Shown one piece after another: positions 47,751 to 57,529 of a stretch of 64,000 nucleotides of DNA (position 1 is its first letter; the number at the start of each line of letters is the position of its first letter). The notes under the pieces were generated by a model, which did not search any database, was not told the origin of the DNA, and saw only the letters and a program-made list of their open reading frames with translations. The position numbers were made by a program, and so were the translations under genes. The DNA comes from an uncultured Clostridium sp. (lineage in GTDB: Bacteria; Bacillota_I; Bacilli_A; RF39; UBA660): assembly GCA_946414595.1 (NCBI GenBank), contig CAMKPE010000010.1, positions 134 through 64,133 on the forward strand, in the 5' to 3' direction.

Positions 47751-48728
47751 ATGAAAAAATTAATGATTGTTGTATTTGCAACTTTATTACTTGTTACTGG
47801 ATGTAAAAGTGTACCAAAGTTAGCAGATGGAAAAGAAGCTGTAGTAAGTTTTAAAGATGGAGGTATTTCAACTGAAGAATTATACGAAGAGCTAAAAGAA
47901 AAATATGCTTTATCTGTTTTAATAAACATGATTGATACTAAGATATTAGATGAAAAGTATGAAACTGATAGTGATGCTAAAAGTTATGCTAAAAGTAATA
48001 TTGAATTAACTGAAACATATTACAATAACTATTACAATCAAATGTATTCTACTTATGAATCATTTATATCTGAACAATATGGTATTTCAACTAAAGATGA
48101 ATTAAATGATTATTTTATTCTTCGTTATAAGAGAAACTTAGCAATTAAAGATTATGCTAAATCACTTGTATCTGATGGTGAAATAGAAGATTACTATGAT
48201 GATGAATTAATCGGAGACATGGAAGTAAGTCATATATTAATAACTGCTGAATATGAAACTGATGATGAAAAAGAAGCTGCTGAAGCTGAAGCTTTAAAGA
48301 AAGCTAAAGAAGTAATTGCTAAACTAGATGCTGGTGAAGATTTTGCAACACTTGCTAAAGAATATTCTAAAGATGGTTCTTCATCTAAAGGTGGAGAGCT
48401 TGGAAGAATTGGTCATGGTGATACAGTTACAGAATTTGAACAAGCTGCTTATAAACTAGAAGTTGGTAAATATACTAAAGAACCAGTTAAAACTAAATTT
48501 GGATATCATATTATTTTAAAAACAAAACAATATGACAAGCCAAAACTAGATGAAGTTAAAGATGAAATAATTGAAACTCTATCAGAAGAAAAATTAAACG
48601 AAGATAATTCTTTATCAATAACTGCTCTAGAAGAATTAAGAAAAGATAGTGGTATGACTATTGAAGATTCAACATTAAAGTCTCAATATGATACTTATAT
48701 CACTAATTCAAAATTACAATCAAAATAA
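47751..48728 (+). CDS. prsA: Foldase lipoprotein PrsA (parvulin-type peptidyl-prolyl isomerase).
   Basis: Lipoprotein signal MKKLMIVVFATLLLVTGC. Parvulin domain EVSHILI...GGELGRIG...FGYHIILKTK. RBS gagaggag. Confidence 0.85.
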   Translation: MKKLMIVVFATLLLVTGCKSVPKLADGKEAVVSFKDGGISTEELYEELKEKYALSVLINMIDTKILDEKYETDSDAKSYAKSNIELTETYYNNYYNQMYSTYESFISEQYGISTKDELNDYFILRYKRNLAIKDYAKSLVSDGEIEDYYDDELIGDMEVSHILITAEYETDDEKEAAEAEALKKAKEVIAKLDAGEDFATLAKEYSKDGSSSKGGELGRIGHGDTVTEFEQAAYKLEVGKYTKEPVKTKFGYHIILKTKQYDKPKLDEVKDEIIETLSEEKLNEDNSLSITALEELRKDSGMTIEDSTLKSQYDTYITNSKLQSK

Positions 48729-48745
48729 AAAAATAAAGTAAGCAA

Positions 48746-49231
48746 TTACTTTATTTTTTTTATACCCAAAACTTTGACCATCTTTTCTTTTGGTTTTCTT
48801 CTTTCTAAATATCTATTAATAAATGTATCTAAACTAACTAAGTCATTAAGATTTTTAATAACTATATCTATTTCTTTATCATTAATATATTTACTTCTAT
48901 TTAAAAAATATTTATATTTCTTTGGATTTATCCCCACTACTTTCTTAAAAGTTTCAGAGTAATATTCAATTGAATTAAATCCATGATCAAGAGCAATACT
49001 TAAAACATAATTATCATATTTATAATCAGATAAGCTTTTAAATACTTTTACTCTATTTATATAATCAAATATAGATAGACCTATTTCTTTTTTAAATTTC
49101 TTCATTATATAGGTTTTATCATAATAAAAAAGATTAGATAAAAGAGTTATATTTATCTCTTTATATATGTTTTTATTTATATATTCTAATATGTCGCAAA
49201 TAAGATTATTTGAATACATAATAATCACCAA
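48746..49231 (-). CDS. Short AraC-family HTH transcriptional regulator.
   Basis: Two HTH units ...FKKEIGLSIFDYINRVKVFKSL... and ...LSIALDHGFNSIEYYSETFKKVVGINPKKY. Confidence 0.65.
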   Translation of the reverse strand: MVIIMYSNNLICDILEYINKNIYKEINITLLSNLFYYDKTYIMKKFKKEIGLSIFDYINRVKVFKSLSDYKYDNYVLSIALDHGFNSIEYYSETFKKVVGINPKKYKYFLNRSKYINDKEIDIVIKNLNDLVSLDTFINRYLERRKPKEKMVKVLGIKKIK

Positions 49232-49316
49232 TTACTATTATAACACAAAATGCCATTATTGTTTAACTGAAATAATAAAAAGAGTATTATTATATATGCA
49301 TGAAAGGAGTGATAGT

Positions 49317-50639
49317 ATGTCATATGCAAGATGGGCAACTAAAGAAGAAGTAGTTGAAGCAACTACAAAATTAACTAAGGGGGATATTTCTAAGTCAGGA
49401 ATTCAAGTAATGTATGATGAAGATAGTCTATATGTAGATAGTAGAGAAATTCACAATCTAATCATTGGTTCTACGGGATCAGGCAAAACACAGACAACTG
49501 TACTTCCACAATTATATACATCAATAATGGCTAATGACTCATTTATAGTAAATGATCCAAGAGGAGAAATCTATGAAAAAATGAGTGGTTTAGCAAATCA
49601 AAATGGATATAAGATAAATGTATTAAATTTCCAAGATCCTTCAAAAGGAAACAATTTTAATCCATTACACTTACCATATAAATTATATAAGAGTGGAAAT
49701 ATTGATGCAGCTATTGAAATGTTAGAAGATATTGGATATTACATTATTTGCGAAGATCATAAAACTGATGCTGATCCATTCTGGGAAAACTCTGCCACTA
49801 CTCTATTTACAGGTCTTGCTTTATACTTATTTGAAAAAGCAAATGCTGAAGCAATTAACTTAAATAGTATAGTAAGCTTAAGTACTAAAATTGAAGAAGT
49901 AGTAAAAGAAGTTAAAGAAATGGATAAGAATTCATTAATCTATAGTACACTTGCTGCAATAGTAAATGCTCCAAAAGAAACATTTACATCAATAGTAGCA
50001 GTATTCATTCAAAAAGCTAGATTAATAACTTCAAGAGAATCAATTTCTAAAATATTATGTAACGATAATATGGATTTAGAAAATATTAAAAAGGATAAAA
50101 CAGCAATATTCGTCATCGGAGATGGAAGATACTCAAATGTTATATTCCCAATGCTAATAAACGAAGTATTTAAGATGATAGATATCAACAACTACAAAGA
50201 AAGAAGATTAAATATCATCTTAGATGAATTTGATTCATATAAACCAATTAAAAACTTCAACAATATGCTTTCAGTATCAAGAAGTTTAAATATTAGATTT
50301 AATATCTTTATTCAAAGTATTCTTGAACTTGAATATGTATATGGTAAAAAAGAAGCTGAATTCATTAAAATGTGCTTTGGAAATATTTACTACTTACTTG
50401 CAAACGATTATGAGACATTAGATTACATTTCTAACTTATGTGGAAGATCATCAGAAAACGAAATGCTTGTTACAAGAGAAGATCTAAAGACTCTTAAACC
50501 ATTTGAAGTAATAATAATTAAAATAAGAATGTACCCAATAAAAACTAAATTGTTACCTTACTTTGAATTAAAGATTGAAGATATAGCCCCACTAGAAATG
50601 AAAAATCTAGAATATACAAACATAGTTATTTACAAATAA
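49317..50639 (+). CDS. Orphan TraG/VirD4-like (T4SS-DNA_transf family) ATPase lacking an N-terminal TM domain. 440 aa.
   Basis: Walker A IIGSTGSGKTQT followed by VNDPRGE. Walker B/DExx ILDEFDS. C-terminal FIQSILELEYVYGKKEAEFIKMCFGNIYYLLAN matches the coupling-protein QS..QL...YG block. Start at MSYARW with a gaaaggag RBS. Confidence 0.6.
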   Translation: MSYARWATKEEVVEATTKLTKGDISKSGIQVMYDEDSLYVDSREIHNLIIGSTGSGKTQTTVLPQLYTSIMANDSFIVNDPRGEIYEKMSGLANQNGYKINVLNFQDPSKGNNFNPLHLPYKLYKSGNIDAAIEMLEDIGYYIICEDHKTDADPFWENSATTLFTGLALYLFEKANAEAINLNSIVSLSTKIEEVVKEVKEMDKNSLIYSTLAAIVNAPKETFTSIVAVFIQKARLITSRESISKILCNDNMDLENIKKDKTAIFVIGDGRYSNVIFPMLINEVFKMIDINNYKERRLNIILDEFDSYKPIKNFNNMLSVSRSLNIRFNIFIQSILELEYVYGKKEAEFIKMCFGNIYYLLANDYETLDYISNLCGRSSENEMLVTREDLKTLKPFEVIIIKIRMYPIKTKLLPYFELKIEDIAPLEMKNLEYTNIVIYK

Positions 50640-50665
50640 AAAAAGATGGATTTAATCCATCTTTT

Positions 50666-51415
50666 TTATTCTTCACTAATATTGAATCCTAAAGCATACA
50701 TCTTTTGTCTTACTCTAAACTTAAGTTCATCACCAGAATACTTACGAGAAAGTTTATTATAGATTTTCTCGTATTCTTTTTTTTCAATTTCTTTATCATT
50801 CTTTATTTCTATTGTAGAAACAACTGAATTAATAACACTTCTTTCATATCCTAGATTAACTAAATATAAAACTATTTTATTTCTAAGTATTGATGCACTT
50901 TTATTTCTATTAGTAGATACCATTTTCTTAGCAATCTTCTCTATCTTTTCTTTTTGTGTATCTATATCAAAAGACTCTAAAGCTTTATAAGCAGTACTAT
51001 CACTAATACCTAGTTCATTTAATTTATTTTTAATCTTATATGGTCCATCATTTGTTAATAAAACCTTATCGTTTACAAATGCTTTAGCATAACTATCATC
51101 ATCAATATATTTGTTTTTTATCAATATGTTTATTACTTCATCAATGGAATCCTTATCAAATTCTTTCTTTGATAAATGTTCTCTTATTTCTTTTTTGCTT
51201 CTCATCTTTGTTGATATATATTTAATTGCAAGATTATATGCGATATATACTTTATTTTCATTAAGCATTTGATCAATTAATTTATTATCAACATCTTTTT
51301 TAAGTAATAGATTGTACTTAAGTATTATCTCTTCAGATATATCTATATTGTTTCCATTATCAAAGAATACTTGATACATTCCATTCTTTTTCTTATCGTA
51401 TTTTAGAATCTTCAT
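50666..51415 (-). CDS. recX: RecX family regulatory protein.
   Basis: Three-repeat helical architecture. N-terminus MKILKYDKKKNGMYQVFFDNGNNIDISEEIILKYNL typical of RecX. Confidence 0.65.
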   Translation of the reverse strand: MKILKYDKKKNGMYQVFFDNGNNIDISEEIILKYNLLLKKDVDNKLIDQMLNENKVYIAYNLAIKYISTKMRSKKEIREHLSKKEFDKDSIDEVINILIKNKYIDDDSYAKAFVNDKVLLTNDGPYKIKNKLNELGISDSTAYKALESFDIDTQKEKIEKIAKKMVSTNRNKSASILRNKIVLYLVNLGYERSVINSVVSTIEIKNDKEIEKKEYEKIYNKLSRKYSGDELKFRVRQKMYALGFNISEE

Positions 51416-51487
51416 AAAACCACCTAATAATATTATACATTTTTTTATGGTTTATAGACACAAAAAAAGCAATGCGCAAGATGTAAA

Positions 51488-51694
51488 CTATTCATCTATG
51501 TACATTACTTTTATGTAACCTTCTGCTATTTCTTCCAAAGCTCTTCCAATGTTTTTCTTTGAAACATATTTGTTTGCAGGCATTTGTAAATGATTAGTTT
51601 CTTTAATCTCTTTACTTCTTCTTGCTGCAATATGTACTAGTTCATACTTTGAACTAACAACATTTAAAAGCTTGTCTATTGATGGATATATCAC
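51488..51694 (-). CDS. rpoZ: DNA-directed RNA polymerase subunit omega.
   Basis: MIYPSIDKLLNVVSSKYELVHIAARRSKEI aligns with the B. subtilis RpoZ [29 protein letters not shown]. Confidence 0.8.
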   Translation of the reverse strand: MIYPSIDKLLNVVSSKYELVHIAARRSKEIKETNHLQMPANKYVSKKNIGRALEEIAEGYIKVMYIDE

Positions 51695-51781
51695 TCTATC
51701 ACCGTCCCTATTTTAAGGATAACGTAATAAAAATTGCTTTTCAATAGTTTGGACACAACTTTACATTTATAAAAATGTAAA

Positions 51782-53056
51782 CTATGGAACTACTATCCAT
51801 GCATTTGGCACTGGTCTAGTTTTTGCTTGGAAAGATCCATTTCTTGGGTTTGATATTATTTGACCATTAAGTTCCATTGCACTTGATGTACCACCGTCTA
51901 GGTTTGCTGCATTAATTGCACCATAATCAAGTAATACTTTAACAACGTCATTCATATCAGCTCCAGCACTTCCTGCTTGTCTTCCATCGATTATTAGTAA
52001 TAATACGATACCATCAGCTCTTTGACCAATAGCACTTCTTGGAGCAGTTCCCCAACCACCATTACCATTTACGTATGAAGATTTACCATTAACAATTAAG
52101 AATGGTCCGAAATCAACGCAATCACGAATTCCTGCATTCAAAGCTTCTTTAGCACTCATTCTTGCAAGAATTAATTTATTATCTTTATTAAATCCAATAA
52201 TACCACCTGTACTAGTAGCCTTGCTATTATTAGCAATTAGCTTACCTTCAGATATAACAACACCATGAGGTACTCCTCCAGTTGAATTCCAATCTGGATC
52301 ATAGAATCCTCCAGCATTTATAGCAAGTACTGCATTATATCTACTAGCTATTTGAGTAATAAATTGTCCGTATGAACCAGATAAAGTAGTTCCAGTTCCT
52401 CTAGATACTCCAATTTTAACATGGCTTGCATCATAAACAACTGCTAACTTACCTTTAAATCCATATCTTTTACTATCTAAATCGATAATCTTATATAAAT
52501 CATTACCAGCATCTTTTGTTAATACTTGTCTTTCAAATTCATTTTTGTATGTAACTTGATTAAAGTCTGGTGTAGAGAATGTAATCAAATCTGGATTAGT
52601 ATCTTCTCCACTTTCCATAACTGTATTATTTGCCATAGTAATATTAATATCATAATCATTATAGAACCATGTTGCAAAATATTGATGGTTCATTGTAGTC
52701 ATTGCAGTAGTTATTAACCAATCTTTAAATCCTGTACCAGGAAGATAAAGCATTCCAAGTATTGAATAACCTCCTACTGTATAAAGAAGTGCTAAAAGAT
52801 ATAATGCATATCTAAATCCTCTTTTTAATCTCTTTGGTGGTTTATCAGTACCAGTCTTAATAAACACAATTCCTACAATTAATAAAAGTAATGAGACAAT
52901 AGCAACTATTAATACAGGCAATGACATAGCATTACTAATTAATTTGTTACTGAATATTGATACAACATAAAGACTAGAAAAAAGAGGAAATAATATTATT
53001 CCTAAAGCTAAAAATTTTCTACCTAGTCTTTTCTTTGGTAAAAGATCAAACTTCAT
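51782..53056 (-). CDS. Phosphodiester glycosidase (NAGPA/DUF2233) family protein with N-terminal TM segments.
   Basis: AVLAINAGGFYDPDWNSTGGVPHGVVISEGKLI ... FGPFLIVNGK blocks. Confidence 0.55.
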   Translation of the reverse strand: MKFDLLPKKRLGRKFLALGIILFPLFSSLYVVSIFSNKLISNAMSLPVLIVAIVSLLLLIVGIVFIKTGTDKPPKRLKRGFRYALYLLALLYTVGGYSILGMLYLPGTGFKDWLITTAMTTMNHQYFATWFYNDYDINITMANNTVMESGEDTNPDLITFSTPDFNQVTYKNEFERQVLTKDAGNDLYKIIDLDSKRYGFKGKLAVVYDASHVKIGVSRGTGTTLSGSYGQFITQIASRYNAVLAINAGGFYDPDWNSTGGVPHGVVISEGKLIANNSKATSTGGIIGFNKDNKLILARMSAKEALNAGIRDCVDFGPFLIVNGKSSYVNGNGGWGTAPRSAIGQRADGIVLLLIIDGRQAGSAGADMNDVVKVLLDYGAINAANLDGGTSSAMELNGQIISNPRNGSFQAKTRPVPNAWIVVP

Positions 53057-53068
53057 ATTATCAACCTC

Positions 53069-53680
53069 CTAATCTGCATTTTGTCCTAAATATGTTCCAT
53101 CCTTATTTAAATCTACATATTTTATATATTTCTCTGCTTTAAATTCTTCTAATTCATCATACTTAACTGCATTCATTAAAACACTCTTGTTTTCTTCAAC
53201 AGTCCATTCATTGAATTCTTTAATCTTACTATTAAAGTATTCATTATCTCCAATAAATGTATTAATTGTTCTTTCTAAATTAAGATAATATGCAATACAT
53301 TTATCATTTGCTTCACTAACGCTATACTTTGAAGTACATTTGTCTTCTAAGTATGCTGAAACATCTTCTATTTCAGTAATTAAAGTTTCATATTGTTTAA
53401 TCTTTCCTGCCATACCTTCATACCCTTTAGGCATATCAGCATAGAAAGTAACATAATTATTAAAATCTTTAATTAACTCATCTCTATAAGTAGTAAGTTC
53501 ACTTTCTTTTTCAAAGAATGTTTTATAGACATCTCCAATTTCATCTGCTACTACTTTTTCATCAGCAATCATTTTTTCTCTTCCATCTTTATACATTTTA
53601 GTGAAAGTAAATATAACTCCACTTATTATAAAAGCCAACCCAAAAATGAAAGCAAATAATCTTAAATATTGTTGTTTCAC
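53069..53680 (-). CDS. Hypothetical membrane-anchored protein, 203 aa.
   Basis: N-terminal TM LRLFAFIFGLAFIISGVIFTF. No motif recognised. Confidence 0.4.
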   Translation of the reverse strand: MKQQYLRLFAFIFGLAFIISGVIFTFTKMYKDGREKMIADEKVVADEIGDVYKTFFEKESELTTYRDELIKDFNNYVTFYADMPKGYEGMAGKIKQYETLITEIEDVSAYLEDKCTSKYSVSEANDKCIAYYLNLERTINTFIGDNEYFNSKIKEFNEWTVEENKSVLMNAVKYDELEEFKAEKYIKYVDLNKDGTYLGQNAD

Positions 53681-53734
53681 GCTATCACCTACTATATAGT
53701 ACTATATCATTTATCACACTTTTTTTCAAACCAT

Positions 53735-55201
53735 TTATATAGTTTTATAAAAAATATTTTTATTTCTTTTCGTTACTATATCCATAAACTTATAATAGTA
53801 TGTTTTATATCCATCTAGTAATTTGTCATTAAGTTTTTCATATGGATACATTTTATAACTATGTCTATAACTATCTTTTACTGAATAAACATAAGATAGT
53901 GACGCAGTTGGATTAGTAAGTGTAATAGTACTAACCCCATTCTCTATTTTTTTGTTAACTTCGACACTCATTACAAGCCCAGTTAGTTTTTCAACTCCAT
54001 ATTGACTTGCTACGAAGTTTCCAAGTGAGTATATTACCATAGTTTTACCTATAAAGTCAACCGGTTGTATTACATGTGGATGGTGTCCTATGACAATATC
54101 TACACCTAAACTTGCTAAATAGTTAGCAATTCTTTCTTCTTCAGCAGTTGGAGTATGTGTATATTCTTCACCCCAGTGCATTGCAACCATTAACAAATCA
54201 ACTTTACCTCTTAGCCTTTCAACATCTTTTTTAGCTTGAAGATCTGAATAAACATTAACTAAATATTCTTTACCTTCAGGCACTCTAAGACCATTCGTAG
54301 TAGTTGTATATGATAAAAGTGCATAAATTATTCCATTTTTCTCCATTATTACATCTTTATCTCTATCTTCAAAACTAGAATAACTTCCTGCAGTCATTAT
54401 TCCTTCTTTACTCTTCCAATAATCTAGGGATGATAAAATACCCTTCTCACCTTTATCTAAAGAATGATTATTAGCCAAAGATACTAAATTAAATCCTAAG
54501 TCAAGAAAAGCATCCCCAACTTCCTTAGGAGAATTAAATCTAGGATAAGAAGAAAGCCCTAATTCAGTTCCTCCCAAAAGAGACTCTTGATTGTAGAATG
54601 CTAAATCATATTTACTAATTATATCTTTATAATATTCAACTAATGGATGAAAATCATACTTACCTGTACTTCTTTTAACATCATCATATATTGCCCCATG
54701 AATCAAACAATCACCAACCATAACTAAAGATAAGTTATAGTTTTCTACAACTGCTTCTTCATAAGGTAAATTAATCCTACTAACATCATTCTTTAAGTCA
54801 GGACTTTTACCTGATCCATAAAGAAGGTTGTAAACAAAGATTAATACTAAGAAAGCTACTATAGATAAGAAGATGTATAACAAGCTATTACTACTTTTAG
54901 TAACATATTCTTTCTTTTCTTCTTTAACTATCTTTTCTACTTTTGGCTCTTCTTTTGCTTTGAAATCAAATACTTGAAGAGGTTCAGTAGTTACTACTTT
55001 TTCTTTCTTAACTGGTGCTTTTCTACTAGTTGTTTTTCTTGTAGTAGTCTTTTTAGTTGTAGTTGTCTTCTTAGTTGCTGTTTTCTTAGCAGTACTACTT
55101 GTTGTCTTTTTCTTAGTTGTAGTAGTTTTTTTCTTAGATGTTGTCTTCTTTGTAGTAGTTCTCTTTTTTGTAGTTGTCTTCTTTTCCTTTTCTTCTTCCA
55201 T
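53735..55201 (-). CDS. CapA/PgsA-family metallophosphoesterase with Lys/Thr-rich N-terminus and TM anchor.
   Basis: MHWGEEYTHTPTAEEERIANYLASLGVDIVIGHHPHVIQP ... LGNFVASQ matches CapA (poly-gamma-glutamate synthesis family). Confidence 0.7.
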   Translation of the reverse strand: MEEEKEKKTTTKKRTTTKKTTSKKKTTTTKKKTTSSTAKKTATKKTTTTKKTTTRKTTSRKAPVKKEKVVTTEPLQVFDFKAKEEPKVEKIVKEEKKEYVTKSSNSLLYIFLSIVAFLVLIFVYNLLYGSGKSPDLKNDVSRINLPYEEAVVENYNLSLVMVGDCLIHGAIYDDVKRSTGKYDFHPLVEYYKDIISKYDLAFYNQESLLGGTELGLSSYPRFNSPKEVGDAFLDLGFNLVSLANNHSLDKGEKGILSSLDYWKSKEGIMTAGSYSSFEDRDKDVIMEKNGIIYALLSYTTTTNGLRVPEGKEYLVNVYSDLQAKKDVERLRGKVDLLMVAMHWGEEYTHTPTAEEERIANYLASLGVDIVIGHHPHVIQPVDFIGKTMVIYSLGNFVASQYGVEKLTGLVMSVEVNKKIENGVSTITLTNPTASLSYVYSVKDSYRHSYKMYPYEKLNDKLLDGYKTYYYKFMDIVTKRNKNIFYKTI

Positions 55202-55203
55202 AA

Positions 55204-55794
55204 TTATTTCTTCCTATAAAAAACAGATAATACTGTAACAAATCTATATAAAATTCTATTACTTCTATTTATAGCAATACTTTTACCTATTGCTTTTCCT
55301 CCGATTGTCATTGCTGCAATTGCTGCAGTTACTAATAATGTAACTGCAAGAAGAGATATATTAAACTTGTTTGCCACAATTATTGAAATACTTACACCAA
55401 CAGAACCACTTATGATTCCGCAAATATCTCCAATTACATCATTACAAAAGCTAGATACTTTATCAGCGTTTTTGATTAATCTAACTGCAAGATGTGCTCC
55501 TTTAACTTTTTTAGTAGCCATTGAATTAAATGTTTTAACATCTGCAACAGTAACACTGATACCTATCATATCAAATAAAATACCAAGCCCAATAAATGCA
55601 AAAATTAATACTGCACTTACAAGTATATGAGCATTAGGTATTATAACTTCACCAATAAAAGAAAAAACTAAAGATATAAAAAAAGAAACAATAGTTATTA
55701 AACTAACCCATTTAACATCTATTTTCTTCTTATCTTTAATTGGTTTTTTTCTTGCTTTATTTGAATATTTTTCTTTATAGTCTTTATCTTTCAT
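55204..55794 (-). CDS. Small 4-TM membrane protein with DUF21/CNNM-like transmembrane domain and no CBS pair. Candidate OapA (OLE-associated protein A).
   Basis: LVSAVLIFAFIGLGILFDMIGISVTVADVKTFNSMATKKVKGAHLAVRLIKNADKVSSFCNDVIGDICGIISGSVGVSISI resembles the CNNM/CorB TM domain. 196 aa. Lies directly downstream of a GC-rich non-coding region. Confidence 0.5.
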   Translation of the reverse strand: MKDKDYKEKYSNKARKKPIKDKKKIDVKWVSLITIVSFFISLVFSFIGEVIIPNAHILVSAVLIFAFIGLGILFDMIGISVTVADVKTFNSMATKKVKGAHLAVRLIKNADKVSSFCNDVIGDICGIISGSVGVSISIIVANKFNISLLAVTLLVTAAIAAMTIGGKAIGKSIAINRSNRILYRFVTVLSVFYRKK

Positions 55795-55799
55795 ATTCG

Positions 55800-56390
55800 C
55801 CTCAAATAAAAATCAGAAATGGCAATTAACATAGTAAACCTTGTGTCATTAGGTCAAGTTGGATTTCCCTTAATCTTACTTATTCGTTACCAAATAAGCA
55901 GTTCCCTTTTGAAAGATTAAATAGATAGTTACCTAATCTATTACTTGATAGCCACTTAGTACACACTACAATCCTATATCAATTTACACTCTAGGAGTTT
56001 TCCTCAATCAATGGAATATTGCTTATGTTTTTTTGCAGTGAAAGTTTCAGGTAGCAATACTGTATTACAAGATGTACACCTTCTAACAAGTTGTCTTCGT
56101 CCCCCAACACCACTCAAACCTGGCTACTCTATCCATAGCTTTAGCCACAAGATAGGTTCACGCCTAAGTCGTAAGTTCTCACGATTTTAGGTCTCCGCGG
56201 GAAAATGGAACGGTTGCCGTATGCCGTTACGATCGTCCATAGCCCCTTCAAATTCAGCACCCACCCCATACTGGGCGTAAGAAGCAAGCACCAAACGTTT
56301 CATAGATATGCCTTCTAACGATATTTTACCCTCGTCTTCACAATATTGTATTGACTAGAATAATGCGCCATTTCTGCTACATTATATCAT
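55800..56390 (-). ncRNA. Candidate large structured ncRNA, about 600 nt, GC-rich. Putative OLE (ornate large extremophilic) RNA co-oriented upstream of an OapA-like gene.
   Basis: About 600 nt with no ORF over 50 codons on either strand. 45-50% GC within a roughly 27% GC genome. A TAAAAT -10 element at the 5' side. Immediately upstream of a 4-TM DUF21-like gene, the known ole-oapA arrangement. RNase P RNA and tmRNA conserved motifs were looked for and not found. Confidence 0.45.
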
Positions 56391-56427
56391 ATATAAATGT
56401 TTTTATCAAATGATTTACTAAACAAAA

Positions 56428-56462
56428 AACACCAGATTTACTTGTTTTTAAGCCTCTGGTGT
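56428..56462 (-). terminator. Hairpin acaccaga-ggcttaaaaacaagtaaa-tctggtgt plus TTTTTGTTT on the minus strand, after gene 56469..57512.
   Basis: Inverted repeat seen directly. Confidence 0.45.
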
Positions 56463-56468
56463 AAATTA

Positions 56469-57512
56469 TTATTTTATTTCGCTTCCGCCCCATTCAACTA
56501 CTGTGAATCCAACTCTTTTTGGAGTATTAAGAACTTGTTCTTTAACCTCAATTGGTTTATCAAGTGCCTTATAATCCATTAAAACTCTAATAATAGTATC
56601 TGGGTTTGGATTAATCTCTAGTTTCATATAAGAATTAATCTCTTCCATAGTTTCAAATCTAATATAATTGTATTCATTTGCTTCTAGTTTAGGTAACCAG
56701 TAAACAATGAATTCATTTGCTTCTCTTTCATTTAATCCAAGAAGAGCTAACTTTTCTTCTAAGAAAGCTAAAGTATCTTCTTTCTTAACTACAAATCCAT
56801 CTTCTTTTACTTCAGCACGATGGTTATTTCCTTCCCAATATAATGCATAATAGTATCTATTTGTAACTTTGTCGTATAAATCTCCATTTGTCTTAGCATA
56901 TACTTTCCATCCATCGTTATATCTTGGATAACTTACAAATATATTTTCACTATTAGTAAGTTTTACTTCTACATCCATATCCTCTTCTGGATATAAATAA
57001 ATAATAGGTTTATATGCAACATTAGGATCACAATCAGGTTTGTTTCTTGCTACATAATTTATTTCTACAGATAAATCTGTAACAGTTTTATCAACTGGTA
57101 ATAGATAATACATATAATATGGAGCACATACACCACAATTAGCAGTATAACTTGCAGTTACTTTTAAAACATTATTATCTACTTCATAACTATTGATTTT
57201 AATGTCTTTATCTGTACAAGAATCATATGCAATTTCAACAACTGCATAATTATTATTATCAAAAGCTTTTTCTTCTACTTTTCCTTCTTCAAAAACATTT
57301 AGATATTCGTTATAACTTGTTAATACTTTTTTATCTGTTTTAATTTCGTCTGAATAATCTCCAAGGAAGATTGCATCAGTAACAACTTTTTCTTCTCCTT
57401 TTTTATTATTTAGTAATATTAGTAATACTATTGTTATTGCAAGAATTAAAACTACTCCTGTAATAATAAAAACTAAATTTTTATTTTTAATATTTTTCTT
57501 TTTCATAAACAC
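56469..57512 (-). CDS. Membrane-anchored hypothetical protein, 347 aa, with N-terminal TM and a large Cys-containing ectodomain.
   Basis: TM LVFIITGVVLILAITIVLLILL. No motif recognised. Confidence 0.4.
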   Translation of the reverse strand: MFMKKKNIKNKNLVFIITGVVLILAITIVLLILLNNKKGEEKVVTDAIFLGDYSDEIKTDKKVLTSYNEYLNVFEEGKVEEKAFDNNNYAVVEIAYDSCTDKDIKINSYEVDNNVLKVTASYTANCGVCAPYYMYYLLPVDKTVTDLSVEINYVARNKPDCDPNVAYKPIIYLYPEEDMDVEVKLTNSENIFVSYPRYNDGWKVYAKTNGDLYDKVTNRYYYALYWEGNNHRAEVKEDGFVVKKEDTLAFLEEKLALLGLNEREANEFIVYWLPKLEANEYNYIRFETMEEINSYMKLEINPNPDTIIRVLMDYKALDKPIEVKEQVLNTPKRVGFTVVEWGGSEIK

Positions 57513-57529
57513 ACCTCATTCTAATTATA

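Noticed and set aside
55800-56400. Considered RNase P RNA, tmRNA, SRP RNA, T-box, M-box and a group II intron domain V for the GC-rich non-coding region.
   Set aside because: Conserved cores were not found on either strand. These include GGAAAGUCCGG and ACAGARA for RNase P, the tRNA-like CCA end and ALAA tag frame for tmRNA, the GGGUGGNACCGCG T-box, and the DV GAGCCGUAU...GUACGG pairing. Only a partial GCCGTATG match to DV was seen, and it had no complementary strand.
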